From positions 62,001 through 126,000 of the forward strand of contig AP024667.1 of NCBI GenBank assembly GCA_024346625.1: 64,000 nt of DNA, written 5' to 3'. This document shows, piece by piece, positions 35,057 to 45,545 of the stretch (position 1 is its first letter; the number at the start of each line of letters is the position of its first letter). Source of the stretch: Williopsis jadinii. Taxonomy: Eukaryota. The notes below the pieces were generated by a model. The model searched no databases, was not told the DNA's origin, and saw only the letters and a program-made list of their open reading frames with translations. The position numbers and the translations under genes are program-made.

Positions 35057-36601
35057 TTACCATATACGCTTGGAAACCATTCTATAACGGGTCACGCCGT
35101 TGAGACCCATCTTCTGCTTTGGTTCACGAGAGGTTGACTTTGCCTTACCTTCCCATATGCTATCTATGCCCTTTTGGTCCATCGCACCGTGGCCCCCGGA
35201 CGTGATTCCAGGAACAAAGTCGGATTGGTCTGTTGCTGCTGCTGATGATGATTTGGACTTCAAAATGCTATTGGATCTCTTTAACAGAGCCAATTGCAGT
35301 AGAAGCTTAAAGGTAAGCAGTAGTCCGTACAGAGTGATACAAATCGCAACGTTTGGGTACACCAACGGAGAAGACGTACTGTCCGAATAGAATAGCTTTG
35401 CGATTGAATCCTTTGACATGACAACCAATAGCGTGAACAGTGCCGGCAGTGGGATACCCAATCTCTGCTGAACCCTATCGGTGGACCCACTCGCGTGCCT
35501 CCATTTGAAGTCATTGGCAACGTCTTGTGAAAGCACATCCAGGTACTTCTTATATACCTGTGGTCTAATCTTGTTGAATTTTGTAACGTAGGAATGCTTA
35601 ACCCAATCAACGGCCAATTCACTTCCAATGACTATTGCAGTTGGTCCCAGGACAACCCCAAACCACTTGTTAATACCGTGTATTGTCACATTGGGCAACA
35701 GACCTGAGTTCTGTGGATCTGAGCCAATTTGAACCATGTTTCTCAGCGCTATTATCCCGAGCTGGATCAACAGTTGGAATCTCTCAACGGTATCAGCACA
35801 GCTCATTTGGAATAGGCCTTCCCTGTCCAATCTCTTAAACACGGAGCTCTTGATCTCTGCAAATTGGTTTGAGAGAAGCAACGTCACCAGCGAATTCGAA
35901 TACGAATTGGCGGCAACGTTAAGAGCAATGGTCTGGTACACCAGCACGATGGTGTGGGCAGAAAGATACAGGGCACTGGCCAGGAGAAACACCAGACACT
36001 TGACAAACCCAGAAGGGGTCTGTGATACTTGTTGCGCTGACCGTGAAAACGTATAGTTCAGTAGATCTTGTCCAACAGTGGACAACAGCTTATCGCTCAC
36101 CTCCAGCACACCGAACATCACGTACAGCTTGATGGAGCTTTGGATCTTGATCGTGTGGTAGATCTTGGACGTGTCAACGTTCGTACACAGGATCACCGTG
36201 AAGATCAAGGACGCAAACACCAAGTTGCTCACGTTGATGTACTGGAAGAAGTTCTTGTCTCTTCGCGGCGACTTGATGATGAACATCTCCCGTATCGACA
36301 GTATCAACAGTATCACATCGACACCGATCTCCAGCGGCAACACCACAACCAGCCGCAAGAAGCTGTTGAGGCTCGACAGCAGCCCAAACAGGATGAAGCT
36401 CTCCAGGTAGAACGGCAAGGTAGCCATGTTTACTATCTGCTCGAACGACTCGGACGGTGGAATCAACTGCGGCTGCGCCGCTGTTGTAGCACCGCTGTGT
36501 TGATGCTGAGCCTGCGCTTCCTCCGATCTCTTCACTAGGCCAAGCTCCCTCAGCAGGAGCCCGCCTAGGTTGTACGCCGTGGTGGACTGCTTTGTAGCCA
36601 T
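35057..36601 (-). CDS. EMP65: ER membrane protein Emp65/TAPT1 (DUF747)
   Basis: SKIYHTIK.QSSIKLYVMFGVLEV.DKL, NQFAEIKSSVFK, VDWVKHSY.TKFN. Lies between COX15 and RTR1. Confidence 0.9.
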   Translation of the reverse strand: MATKQSTTAYNLGGLLLRELGLVKRSEEAQAQHQHSGATTAAQPQLIPPSESFEQIVNMATLPFYLESFILFGLLSSLNSFLRLVVVLPLEIGVDVILLILSIREMFIIKSPRRDKNFFQYINVSNLVFASLIFTVILCTNVDTSKIYHTIKIQSSIKLYVMFGVLEVSDKLLSTVGQDLLNYTFSRSAQQVSQTPSGFVKCLVFLLASALYLSAHTIVLVYQTIALNVAANSYSNSLVTLLLSNQFAEIKSSVFKRLDREGLFQMSCADTVERFQLLIQLGIIALRNMVQIGSDPQNSGLLPNVTIHGINKWFGVVLGPTAIVIGSELAVDWVKHSYVTKFNKIRPQVYKKYLDVLSQDVANDFKWRHASGSTDRVQQRLGIPLPALFTLLVVMSKDSIAKLFYSDSTSSPLVYPNVAICITLYGLLLTFKLLLQLALLKRSNSILKSKSSSAAATDQSDFVPGITSGGHGAMDQKGIDSIWEGKAKSTSREPKQKMGLNGVTRYRMVSKRIW

Positions 36602-36818
36602 CTCGTGAGCTCTAGACGGAGAACTTGTTGCCTAATTTACACCGGGAAGGAGCGCCTAGTGGGCTCGTCACCGCTGTTGTGCTTAGGCGTGGAAAACCCT
36701 TCCCTCTCACACACACACAGCGCGGGAGAATTGGTTAGGAAACTTCACCACGGAAACAACCTCATCACAACAGGGGGGGGGGACGGGCTAGTGGCAGCCA
36801 CGATAGAGCACCAAGGCC

Positions 36819-37532
36819 ATGACAATAACAATCGACTCGTTCAAGTCGAACCTGCTACAGTTCTCGCACCCTGGCACGCTGACACCTGGCGAGGCGTCGA
36901 GGCTGACGCTCATTCTACTGGAGGTGCTTGCTGATGACGACTGCAATGCTTACTTCCTGAAGTTCATCTCGAGGTTCCTGTCGAGGGACGTCTACGGCGA
37001 ATTGATAGAGGAGCGCAACATCAACAAGCTGTGTGCGTATCCGCTGTGCCGTGAGAAGCAGGCCAGAGCGCACGGGCTTCACAGGACCTCTGTTGGGCTG
37101 CCCTACGAGTACCTGAAGTACTACTGCACGAAGACTCATTTCCAATGCTCCGAGTTCTACAAGGCGCAGTTGTCGCCAGAGGCGTTGTTTGCACGGCCAA
37201 ACGTCACCGTGGAGAGCTATGGTGCGATGGAGTACGAGAACGGCATCACACTGCTAGAGGAAGTGTTACAGGAGAGGAATAGAGGCGCCTCGTTACGACA
37301 GGTGTTGAACGGGATGGACACGTTGACACTACAGGACGACAAACAAGACGAGGCGATCCAGCAGATGGATTCGATGATCCAGGACTTCAAGATCGTTGAG
37401 AATGAACAGCCTGAGCCTCCTACACAGACCCGGTTTGACGACTTGGACGGGATGAGTCCACAGGAGAAGTATGAGTATCTACAAGATCAGAGCAAGGCAA
37501 TTGATGGCTATGTACTAGGTGGGTCATCTTGA
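36819..37532 (+). CDS. RTR1: RNA Pol II CTD phosphatase Rtr1/RPAP2
   Basis: EERNINKLCAYPLC...YCTKTH..CS.FY..QL zinc motif; synteny. Confidence 0.9.
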   Translation: MTITIDSFKSNLLQFSHPGTLTPGEASRLTLILLEVLADDDCNAYFLKFISRFLSRDVYGELIEERNINKLCAYPLCREKQARAHGLHRTSVGLPYEYLKYYCTKTHFQCSEFYKAQLSPEALFARPNVTVESYGAMEYENGITLLEEVLQERNRGASLRQVLNGMDTLTLQDDKQDEAIQQMDSMIQDFKIVENEQPEPPTQTRFDDLDGMSPQEKYEYLQDQSKAIDGYVLGGSS

Positions 37533-38528
37533 GAGGAACTTGTGCTTCGCCACGAGTTGTCGAAGTGTCGGCCTGTTCAACAGGTCTTCATGGGGCGTGA
37601 CGTACTGGGCTTCGTCCAACAGTTGTGCCAGCCTCTTCTTCATACGACGGTGTATCCCATCAGAGGCTCGTTGCTGCCTCACCAACATTTCCGGTAGTTT
37701 GTTCTCAGCATACTTCCTCGAGGCCAGTTTGATAGATTCAACTCTCCGGGCCAGCGTTCTGATACCCGTTTCAATCGTCTCGCCCCAATCACCGGCACCT
37801 GTGCCCATCTGTAGCTCCCAGTGGTTCTCACTGTCGTATAGCCATCTCCACTGTTCGTAGTATCGTGTCACATCGAGCAATTGTTGCTCCAGTTTGGTCT
37901 GTAGTAAGATCTTCGACGAGATACGTGGATGCTGTACCCATGGACCTCTTAGGAACCGCATACCAGAGCTCGTTGACACGTGAACCTGGTAGGGGCCTCT
38001 TGAGACCTTCCTCTGTGCAATCTCAATGTCCATCATGGCCCTGTGGAACAGTGCCTCTGGCTTGAGTAATGGCTCCACCACCAGGGGGTCTATACGCTTG
38101 GGCAGTTCACCACGGTGCTGCTTCAGCTGAATGTATCTATTCAAGTAGTTCTGGATCTGTTGACGCTCGAGGTCCTGTTCATTCTCCAAGTCTCGTTTGA
38201 TAGGTTGTCCAAATCGGTTCTTCAACGCTCTGCGGCCACCCTTCTCTGGCACAGAGAGCATCGCCCGCACCTCAACAAGGTCCAATTCACCTTTATTGAT
38301 CCCATTCCGAAGTCTGCTCTCCAATTCATACCCTTCGGTGAGCCTTTCCCTCACCAGCCGTGGCGACATGAGGCCCTTCCCCAGCTCAAAGTGTCTCTTC
38401 ACCTTCGAGATGAGCTCATCGCCTACCGGGGAACCACCAGGCAAATGGGCACAGTGCCGTAACAGGCACCGGTAAAGCTCGAGCACAGACCTTCTGTGGG
38501 CTGCCAGTGATCTGAAATGGGCAACCAT
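37524..38528 (-). CDS. RRG1: LYR-motif mitochondrial protein, Rrg1-like
   Basis: N-terminal HRRSVLELYRCLLR resembles Rrg1. Position between RTR1 and RPS13 fits the YDR064-066 order. Confidence 0.7.
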   Translation of the reverse strand: MVAHFRSLAAHRRSVLELYRCLLRHCAHLPGGSPVGDELISKVKRHFELGKGLMSPRLVRERLTEGYELESRLRNGINKGELDLVEVRAMLSVPEKGGRRALKNRFGQPIKRDLENEQDLERQQIQNYLNRYIQLKQHRGELPKRIDPLVVEPLLKPEALFHRAMMDIEIAQRKVSRGPYQVHVSTSSGMRFLRGPWVQHPRISSKILLQTKLEQQLLDVTRYYEQWRWLYDSENHWELQMGTGAGDWGETIETGIRTLARRVESIKLASRKYAENKLPEMLVRQQRASDGIHRRMKKRLAQLLDEAQYVTPHEDLLNRPTLRQLVAKHKFLSR

Positions 38529-38714
38529 CGCAACGTTCAACACACTCTGAAGCCGTAGAGCCCAGTGTCCTGTTTCGTGGCTGATGGTCTGTAAGTGTAT
38601 ACAAATTTGTTGATGTTCGGGTGCGTTGAAGGAGAAGTTTCACACACATACAAAACACAACCAGGCTGGAACAACTTCCTACAACGGAGAGAGAGAGAAT
38701 CAATTCAACAGAGA

Positions 38715-39219
38715 ATGGTGAGCTATGTATCATGGCGTATGGATCTGAGATGCTAGTACTAACTCTTGAGAGTCGAACAACACCGTTTCAGTGCAACTGT
38801 GTCGTAAGAAACAGGCCTTTATAGTCACTGTGAGTGCAAGATCTTCAGCACTTGATCTCAAGACTAAGCTGTTGGAGATGATTTCAGCTGTTGGAGGGTT
38901 ACGAAACGGCGAATCGAAGCAGGAGGACGAGTCTGAGGATGATATTCCAATCCCAGTGCCGACGTACGGGGATGACGACGATTCAGAGGAGGAGGGAAAC
39001 GCTGCTACGAGTACCAGTGTGAAGATCCACGGTGAGGTTCCACGTCTGGGTGATTTGGTCATTGGAGAGCCAAAGGATCCTAGCAACGTCTATGGTGGTG
39101 GATTCAAGGACATCCAGGATGAAAAGGCGCAATTGGACCTGAAACAGTTCGGTATCTTTGCCTTCAGGCTGTACGATGAAAAGTTTCAAGTGCAACGTTC
39201 CACGGTGGATAATCACTAG
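38715..39219 (+). CDS. Conserved-looking fungal hypothetical protein; ATG-only first exon, intron 38718-38772
   Basis: ATG|GTGAGC...TACTAAC (38757-38763)...AG. Splicing at 38772 gives MSNNTVSVQLCRKKQ in frame with the 142-aa ORF. Confidence 0.6.
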
Positions 39220-39367
39220 AAGCCAGCAGTGAATGAATAAGCAGTCTTACGTTGATAGATACAAACCGAAACATAACCATTTTAAAGAGTAATATACAAA
39301 CAAGGAGATAATCATTAGAAAAAAGGGGATAGTAAAATTAAACCATTTTATTACACATGGAAATAAC

Positions 39368-40361
39368 TTAGTTAACCAAAGCAGAAGCAGTGGCAGACTC
39401 GTACTTCCAGTTTGGTGGCAAAACACCGACAGTTCTGTAGTATCTAGCCAATCTGTGGATTCTAGATTCGATCAAAATCAATCTGAACTTGGAGTCCTTG
39501 TCCTTTCTGTTTCTCTCCAAGTGCTTTCTGACAGAGACAGCCTTCTTGATCAAGAAGTACAAATCCTCTGGGATCTCTGGGGCCAAACCGTTGGACTTCA
39601 AGATACGCAAGATCTTGTTACCAGTGACAACCTTGGTTTGGGTAACACCGTGAGAGTCTCTCAACAAGACACCGATCTGGGATGGAGTCAAACCCTTTCT
39701 GGCGTACTTGATGATTTGCTCAACAACGGACTCAGAAGAGAGCTTGAACCAAGCTGGAGCGTTTCTGGAGTATGGAAGAGAAGAAGAAGAGATACCTTTA
39801 CCCTATAGAATAACAGTTAGTATGCCAATATACACAGATCTCCCCAACGTTGCCGTCAGGAAGAGCAGCATTTTGAAGACATCGGAAGTCTGGCAAGGAG
39901 CCGAAACTCTTACACTTGCTGACCCGACTGGATACCAGATAGTTTCTCGGAGTGAAAGAGCTCGCAAAACTGCAGTGTAACCACAGTGCAATGCCCTCCA
40001 GTATCCTTTGGAAGAACAGTTGTAGTTGTAGCATAAACTGGTGTCAAGCAGCAAATCTAACTTCACGCTGGACCAGGAGGAAAACGGCACGGAAAACTCT
40101 GACAGGTGAATCAACAACCCAATCAAAAGAGTCTTAACCAAAGGCTATGCCATCCTCCCAGTCACACCTTTAACCCCCAATATAAAAAGGGGTAAGTTGA
40201 ACGTTAGATAACCACATTGATCCATATTCATTAACTTATCTGTCATTACTTGTTTTCCTCCTGATTACTTAACTCTGAACTTGGTATCTTTATTTTCTGT
40301 ATCTCTTGTTCGAATCAGCTGAACGGTATCATTCACGTACCTTGGAGTGCAATCTACCCAT
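39368..40361 (-). CDS. RPS13: 40S ribosomal protein S13 (uS15); exons 40361-40341 and 39802-39368
   Basis: MGRLHSK|GKGISSS...[15 protein letters not shown]. 538-nt intron with GTACGT...TACTAAC...TAG. Confidence 0.97.
39916..40209 (-). other. Two-domain RNA secondary structure inside the RPS13 intron
   Basis: Hand-derived helices: 40163-40147 with 40090-40071, 40209-40203 with 40061-40055, 40054-40043 with 39928-39916, and 40005-39997 with 39939-39931. Confidence 0.7.
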
Positions 40362-40665
40362 TTTTGACGATGTTGATGAACCTTTAGTAACGTATCCTAA
40401 CGTTGAAAGTGTTGATAAATTTTCAGCTTTTTCATGTTTTCCGCCCACAGCGCGAGCTGGCAGCGAATGCACGGAAGTTTTTCAGCGTGACGACTGTGTG
40501 GTGTGCGGATGTTCAGGGCTACGGGGATTTATGAAAAACACACATCATGTGATCTATATTAGGGCTGCACTAGTACAAAGAGTATACACACATATTATAC
40601 GGCCATAGTATACGAATGGAGCAATAACACACCTGTTTTTGAGCTGGAAAGAGTAGCGTGGATAG

Positions 40666-41201
40666 TTATAACACATTGTCTTCAATCTCCTCAAAGTCTT
40701 CTTCGTCTGTGTATTCAATCAGCCTATAACAACGTTAGTATGATCCCCATTGAATAGGTATGGTTTGATGTCCACTTACTTTGCTACACCAGCCTTATCT
40801 CTGAACAGCTCCACAGCAGCTGCGTACAGCATCTTCAACGATTGTGGGGCCGTTGGTGGTAACCAGTAGATCATCACCAATGGTGACGCTTTTCTACCAT
40901 CTTTGAGAGTCAAGGGGTATGAAAGGACTATGAATCTCGGGCTCGACGGTGGTAGTTCTTCAACGAGCTCTTCAATTGAGCCCAACGGTGAGTCGATATT
41001 GGCATCTTCAAGAATCTCATACGACTGTTTGTCGATGGCGTAAACCATAGCCTGAACGTCATCGTTTCTTGCACTTGCAAAGCGAAACTTACGAAGCTTT
41101 GTAGATGTCTCCTCGGAAAACGAATACAGATTTGTAGACTGATTGGTGGTTGTTAGTCGATTGATCGTACCACGATTGAAAGACGTTTTATTGCTTACCA
41201 T
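40666..41201 (-). CDS. AIM7: Glia maturation factor (ADF-H) Aim7; introns 41198-41139 and 40779-40724
   Basis: LRKFRFAS, ELP.SSPRFIVLSYP..L.DGR, MLYA motifs. Introns GTAAGC/GACTAAC/CAG and GTAAGT/TACTAAC/TAG. Last exon LIEYTDEEDFEEIEDNVL*. Confidence 0.92.
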
Positions 41202-41436
41202 CTTTATTGGCTTATTTGTAATGTTAACCGTGTTTGTTTGAAGATGTAATCTCTGCTCCCCCCATAATAATTGTGTCTTTTGTCAATTTCACCGTCAACC
41301 CGATAAAGCCACTTCATCTGCCACAGTACGCATATCTACTCTACAAGCCCGCAAATTTATATATAAAACGTATCAATTGTGTATGAGTAATAGTACATCT
41401 GTCTGAGTATTTTCGGTTATAATATAAGATCAGTGA

Positions 41437-42459
41437 TTAGAACTCAACCACAGTTCCAATGTCTAACTTCTCTGCCCTTTCCAAGATCTCATTTCCTACA
41501 GAGATATCCATAATGGCCAGCCCGACAATCTTTGAAAGAGTCAAGTTTGAGCCACCATTGATATCTGCTGGAGCGAGATTCTCCAATTCTCCAATCTCAG
41601 CACAGTTCTGAGGAGTGACATTATTCTTGATCAATTCCCCAGCTTCATGAAGCGTATGATCATACGAATCCACGATTATCTTACCGTTTGACATTGCAGT
41701 TTGGACAATCTTGTCGTCAACTTCAAACATGTGAGGCTTGTAGCTTCCAATGATGGAGATGAATACCTTGTGGTTGTCAATACCTAGTTTGTCGAAAAGG
41801 ATACGCGGTTCAGTGGATGGCACACAACCATAGATGACATTGGAGGTTGAAAGATCAACCTCTTTTTCATCTTCAAGTGTGGATTCCACCTGTGGATATT
41901 CATTCTGTAATCTGTCTAGCAATTCCTTGGACTTGTCATTAACACTTCTCACTGCTATTTGAACCTTTTTGAAGTACGATGGAAACAGTTCCAACGTCAG
42001 CTTAACATGCCAATACGCTTGTAATCCATTACCGAACACAGTCATGACCTGGTCTCTAGCATCTCTGTCGATGAACTTCATCAATGGAATTGTAGAGCAC
42101 AGCGCAGTTCTGAACCCTGTAATGGCCCTGGCACTCAACACACCTTTCAGGATTCCAGTGTTCTCGTCCATGATCATCACTGCACCTTCGAATCCCTTCT
42201 TAGACCCACCAAGTGTCTTGATACCAACACGATCCGAGAACGTTGGCATGAAGAAGTGCACAGCGTCTAATTCCGGCCTGTTGACAACAATTCTCTCGGG
42301 AATCAACGTAGGATCATCATGGTATTTGGCCAGCGCTGTGTACAGGACCCTCTGAAAGTCCTCCACACCTCTCGCCTTCAGAGGAAGGAGTAGCTTGTTG
42401 ATCTGTGCATCGGATACCACTCTCATGGCTGATGACCCAGTGTCGTTTGATCCACTCAT
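41437..42459 (-). CDS. Ornithine cyclodeaminase/mu-crystallin family protein (YGL159W-like)
   Basis: FFMP, TGFRTA, FGNGLQAYWH, IGSYKPHMFEVD, HEAGEL, KIVGLAIMD. Confidence 0.85.
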   Translation of the reverse strand: MSGSNDTGSSAMRVVSDAQINKLLLPLKARGVEDFQRVLYTALAKYHDDPTLIPERIVVNRPELDAVHFFMPTFSDRVGIKTLGGSKKGFEGAVMIMDENTGILKGVLSARAITGFRTALCSTIPLMKFIDRDARDQVMTVFGNGLQAYWHVKLTLELFPSYFKKVQIAVRSVNDKSKELLDRLQNEYPQVESTLEDEKEVDLSTSNVIYGCVPSTEPRILFDKLGIDNHKVFISIIGSYKPHMFEVDDKIVQTAMSNGKIIVDSYDHTLHEAGELIKNNVTPQNCAEIGELENLAPADINGGSNLTLSKIVGLAIMDISVGNEILERAEKLDIGTVVEF

Positions 42460-42766
42460 CTTAGCAGAACACTAGCACACCCATGAAAGAATTTACTCCT
42501 CCATTGCTCACTCCAGTTGTAAAGGAAAGGTTTATTAACTTCATGACTTTGCTAGGCGGACATCGGAAAACAGAGAAGGTTTAAGCGAGCTCGGGGATCG
42601 TTTCACGCTCTTGAGAGGTGGAGTTTATTTCCCCGTATCTCCGTGTATCTCCCTATATACCCGGAAGCGCACTTTGGAGTCACTTATAGAGCTTCTAACT
42701 AGCTGAGTCATCTTCACTCTCACCCTGTCTCACACTTTCCCCATAACACCTTCTGAGGAGATAAAG

Positions 42767-44266
42767 ATGAGTACAGTGGTTCAGCTGACTAACGCGCTCT
42801 TCAAGGAAGCAGGTGTAGGGTCTCAATGGATCTTCTCAAAGCCTTTGAACTTTGGTGTCAAATCATCGGAGAGATGGGCTATTGTGGGACCTGCAAAGAC
42901 CCAGTTCCTGAAGGTTTTGGCATCTCAGTACAACGCTGAGCCGCCGTTATCGAGGGTTTATCCCTTTTTGAACAAGTCGGTGTGGCCGTCTAGTGCCATT
43001 CAGTTCCTCGAGTTCAAAGGTGTACTGCCCACGGCACATTTGGCTGCCCGTTACGAGTTCTTCAAAGACGAGTTTGACCAAACAACGAGGAAATTCGTCA
43101 TTGGCAACGTCAATAACCATCGACACATCAACTATGAGCTTGTTGATGATGTGTTTAAGAAGTTCAAGCTGGAAGGATTAGAGGACAGGTGGGCATTGGG
43201 GTTAAGCAACGGACAAACCAGAAGGGCAAGATTGGCTAGGGCATTGGTTAGAGAGCCACGGTTATTGGTGATTGATGATCCATTTCTCGGCCTGGACCCC
43301 ACTGCTTCAGAGATTGTGTGTGATGTATTAGGCCAATTGCCTCCTAACCCTCATGTTATACTGGGTCTTAGAGTCCAGGATCCTGTGCCTGATTGGATCA
43401 CTCACATTGCCATCGTCGATTCCGAAGGCATCGTAGAACAAGGGACATCACAGGAGCTGAGACCACACGTGGAGGTCCTGAAACAAGAGGCATTGAGGCT
43501 ACAAGAGCAAGAACTGAAGAGACAGGGCGAAAGTATTGCCAAAATCAAGAAGCTTTTCCCAATAGAGGAATATCAGGAACGGTTGAACTCAACCACGCCG
43601 TTATTGGAATTTGATGGCGTATCAGTCGCATACAGAGGGCAACCTGTGTTACAAGATCTGAGTTGGAAAGTGATGCCAGGTGAAAGATGGCACATCCAAG
43701 GAAACAATGGTACCGGCAAATCCACGCTGTTGTCGTTAATCACGGGTGAACATCCCCAATCTTGGAATTCCAAAATCATCATGCATGGGGTCCCAAGACG
43801 TACCGGCAAACAGAGCTTCTTTGACATCAATGAGTCCATTGGATTCACTTCACCAGAGTTGCATGCCATTTACCCGGGCCATCATACCCTCTACCAGACA
43901 ATTGCTACCGGCTTCCTAGTTGGCTCCATAATGCCGCAGTCCAAGTTATCCTCCAGAGAGAAGGACATCATTGACACCTTTATCTACGAGTTCGATCTGA
44001 AGGATAAAGTCGACATTCCTTTCAGGGAGCTCAACATCAGTGACCAGAAGCTGGCACTCTTTATAAGATCACTGGTTAGAAACCCAGAGCTGTTGATTCT
44101 GGACGAGGCACTCTCAGTCATGGACGAGCACACCGTCCAGAAATGTAAAGAGCTACTGAGACATTACCCTGGAGCTATCCTGGCGATTGGACATCTACAG
44201 GACGAAGTGCCAGATACGGATCGTTCCATTAGGCTCATTGCACCTGGTAAATACGACATCAATTGA
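42767..44266 (+). CDS. Soluble twin-cassette ABC ATPase, YDR061W/ModF-like
   Basis: LSNGQTRR..LARAL, IDDPFLGLD, GNNGTGKST, LILDEA; no transmembrane domain. Confidence 0.87.
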   Translation: MSTVVQLTNALFKEAGVGSQWIFSKPLNFGVKSSERWAIVGPAKTQFLKVLASQYNAEPPLSRVYPFLNKSVWPSSAIQFLEFKGVLPTAHLAARYEFFKDEFDQTTRKFVIGNVNNHRHINYELVDDVFKKFKLEGLEDRWALGLSNGQTRRARLARALVREPRLLVIDDPFLGLDPTASEIVCDVLGQLPPNPHVILGLRVQDPVPDWITHIAIVDSEGIVEQGTSQELRPHVEVLKQEALRLQEQELKRQGESIAKIKKLFPIEEYQERLNSTTPLLEFDGVSVAYRGQPVLQDLSWKVMPGERWHIQGNNGTGKSTLLSLITGEHPQSWNSKIIMHGVPRRTGKQSFFDINESIGFTSPELHAIYPGHHTLYQTIATGFLVGSIMPQSKLSSREKDIIDTFIYEFDLKDKVDIPFRELNISDQKLALFIRSLVRNPELLILDEALSVMDEHTVQKCKELLRHYPGAILAIGHLQDEVPDTDRSIRLIAPGKYDIN

Positions 44267-44686
44267 AGCTGATTGACCCGTCCAGTCTATGTCTCACTGT
44301 CGAACAGGTGTGCATTCCCATCACAAACCACTCTCAAGAGCACAGCTTAGCAGAGCCGCCGACTGACCGTCTGGCATTGACACATCAACAGTTGGATCTA
44401 ATAAAGATGTAAACAATAACAAACACAGATGTACTTGTTTCCGGTAGCCATGGTAACCTCCACAATGATGGGGGTTCATAGCAGCAAAGCCGGGTGACCC
44501 CTTCCCCTCACTTTGAGGCTTTCGTCCATCGCGGCCGGGTAAGTGTCCTCAGGCGGTATTGGCAACTTTAGCTCCACGTATCTCCAAAGCGACGAGTTGG
44601 ACAATTTATCCGTAGTGTGTTTTTCCCTACGTTCTATCTGTTTGAGCCATCACAACTACCAATTGGATACGTTTTCAGTAGAGACA

Positions 44687-45412
44687 ATGCTTTCTAAACT
44701 CTTCGTGGCAGCCACAGCCCTGTTCTCGCTCACATCTGCGCAGATCGACCTCAGCAACCCTGAAGGAGGGGAGCTTAAAGGAAAGTACCTTGACAAAGAG
44801 GATCTGCCACAGCTTAACTTTGACATTGACTACATCATCGAGGGTAAGCCTAACACTGGGTTGATTGAGATCTACACGACTGAAGAACTCACATTGAACT
44901 ATACCTTCACAAATCTCGAGGAGGATGCCGTGCACATTGTTGGTGTCGGTGGTCACTTTGCTGACCCAACTGACGGTCACGTTCTTGCCAACATTACAGA
45001 TGCCAAAGTTGGACCAATCACTTTACAACCAGGAGAGACCAGTACTTTCCGTCAATTCCTTGGTGCCGAGGTTCCTGTTGGTAACTACTTGCTGATCCCA
45101 TTCTTGTACGTTGCAAAGGGTTCCGGTTTGGCTAAGATTGGCGCAAAGAGTGTCCTCGCCGTTGTCGAAGATCCACCAGTGTCATACTTTTCTCCTCAAA
45201 TGATTATCCTGGAGCTTTTGCTCATTGCTACTCTTGGTGTTGGTGTCTATTTCGTCTACTTGAACTGGGGTGCTGCCTACTTGAAGAATGCTGGTTACAC
45301 CGCATCTGCTACTCCAACCCCAACATCTGCAAAGTCCACAGGTGCAGCTCAAATTGATGGTTCCTGGTTGCCAGATCACTTGAAGAAGACCAACAAGAAG
45401 AAAGCTAACTAA
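44687..45412 (+). CDS. IRC22: Irc22 / TRAP-alpha-like ER membrane protein
   Basis: Signal peptide, luminal beta-domain (NYTFTN.E..IVGVGG, ANIT), one TM segment, SWLP.HL..KK tail. Confidence 0.8.
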   Translation: MLSKLFVAATALFSLTSAQIDLSNPEGGELKGKYLDKEDLPQLNFDIDYIIEGKPNTGLIEIYTTEELTLNYTFTNLEEDAVHIVGVGGHFADPTDGHVLANITDAKVGPITLQPGETSTFRQFLGAEVPVGNYLLIPFLYVAKGSGLAKIGAKSVLAVVEDPPVSYFSPQMIILELLLIATLGVGVYFVYLNWGAAYLKNAGYTASATPTPTSAKSTGAAQIDGSWLPDHLKKTNKKKAN

Positions 45413-45545
45413 ACAACAATTTATGAAGCTGTGAAAAGTACATAACATTTTATTTCCTTTGCATGTGTGTGTTTCAACCCAGCATCTACTTGTATGCAGT
45501 AGGACGTAAAATGCACGTATAAACATGACAATTATTCTAACACTA

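Noticed and set aside
44267..44686. Point centromere next to IRC22
   Set aside because: No CDEI-AT-rich CDEII-CDEIII layout; an ordinary promoter with a Reb1-type site.
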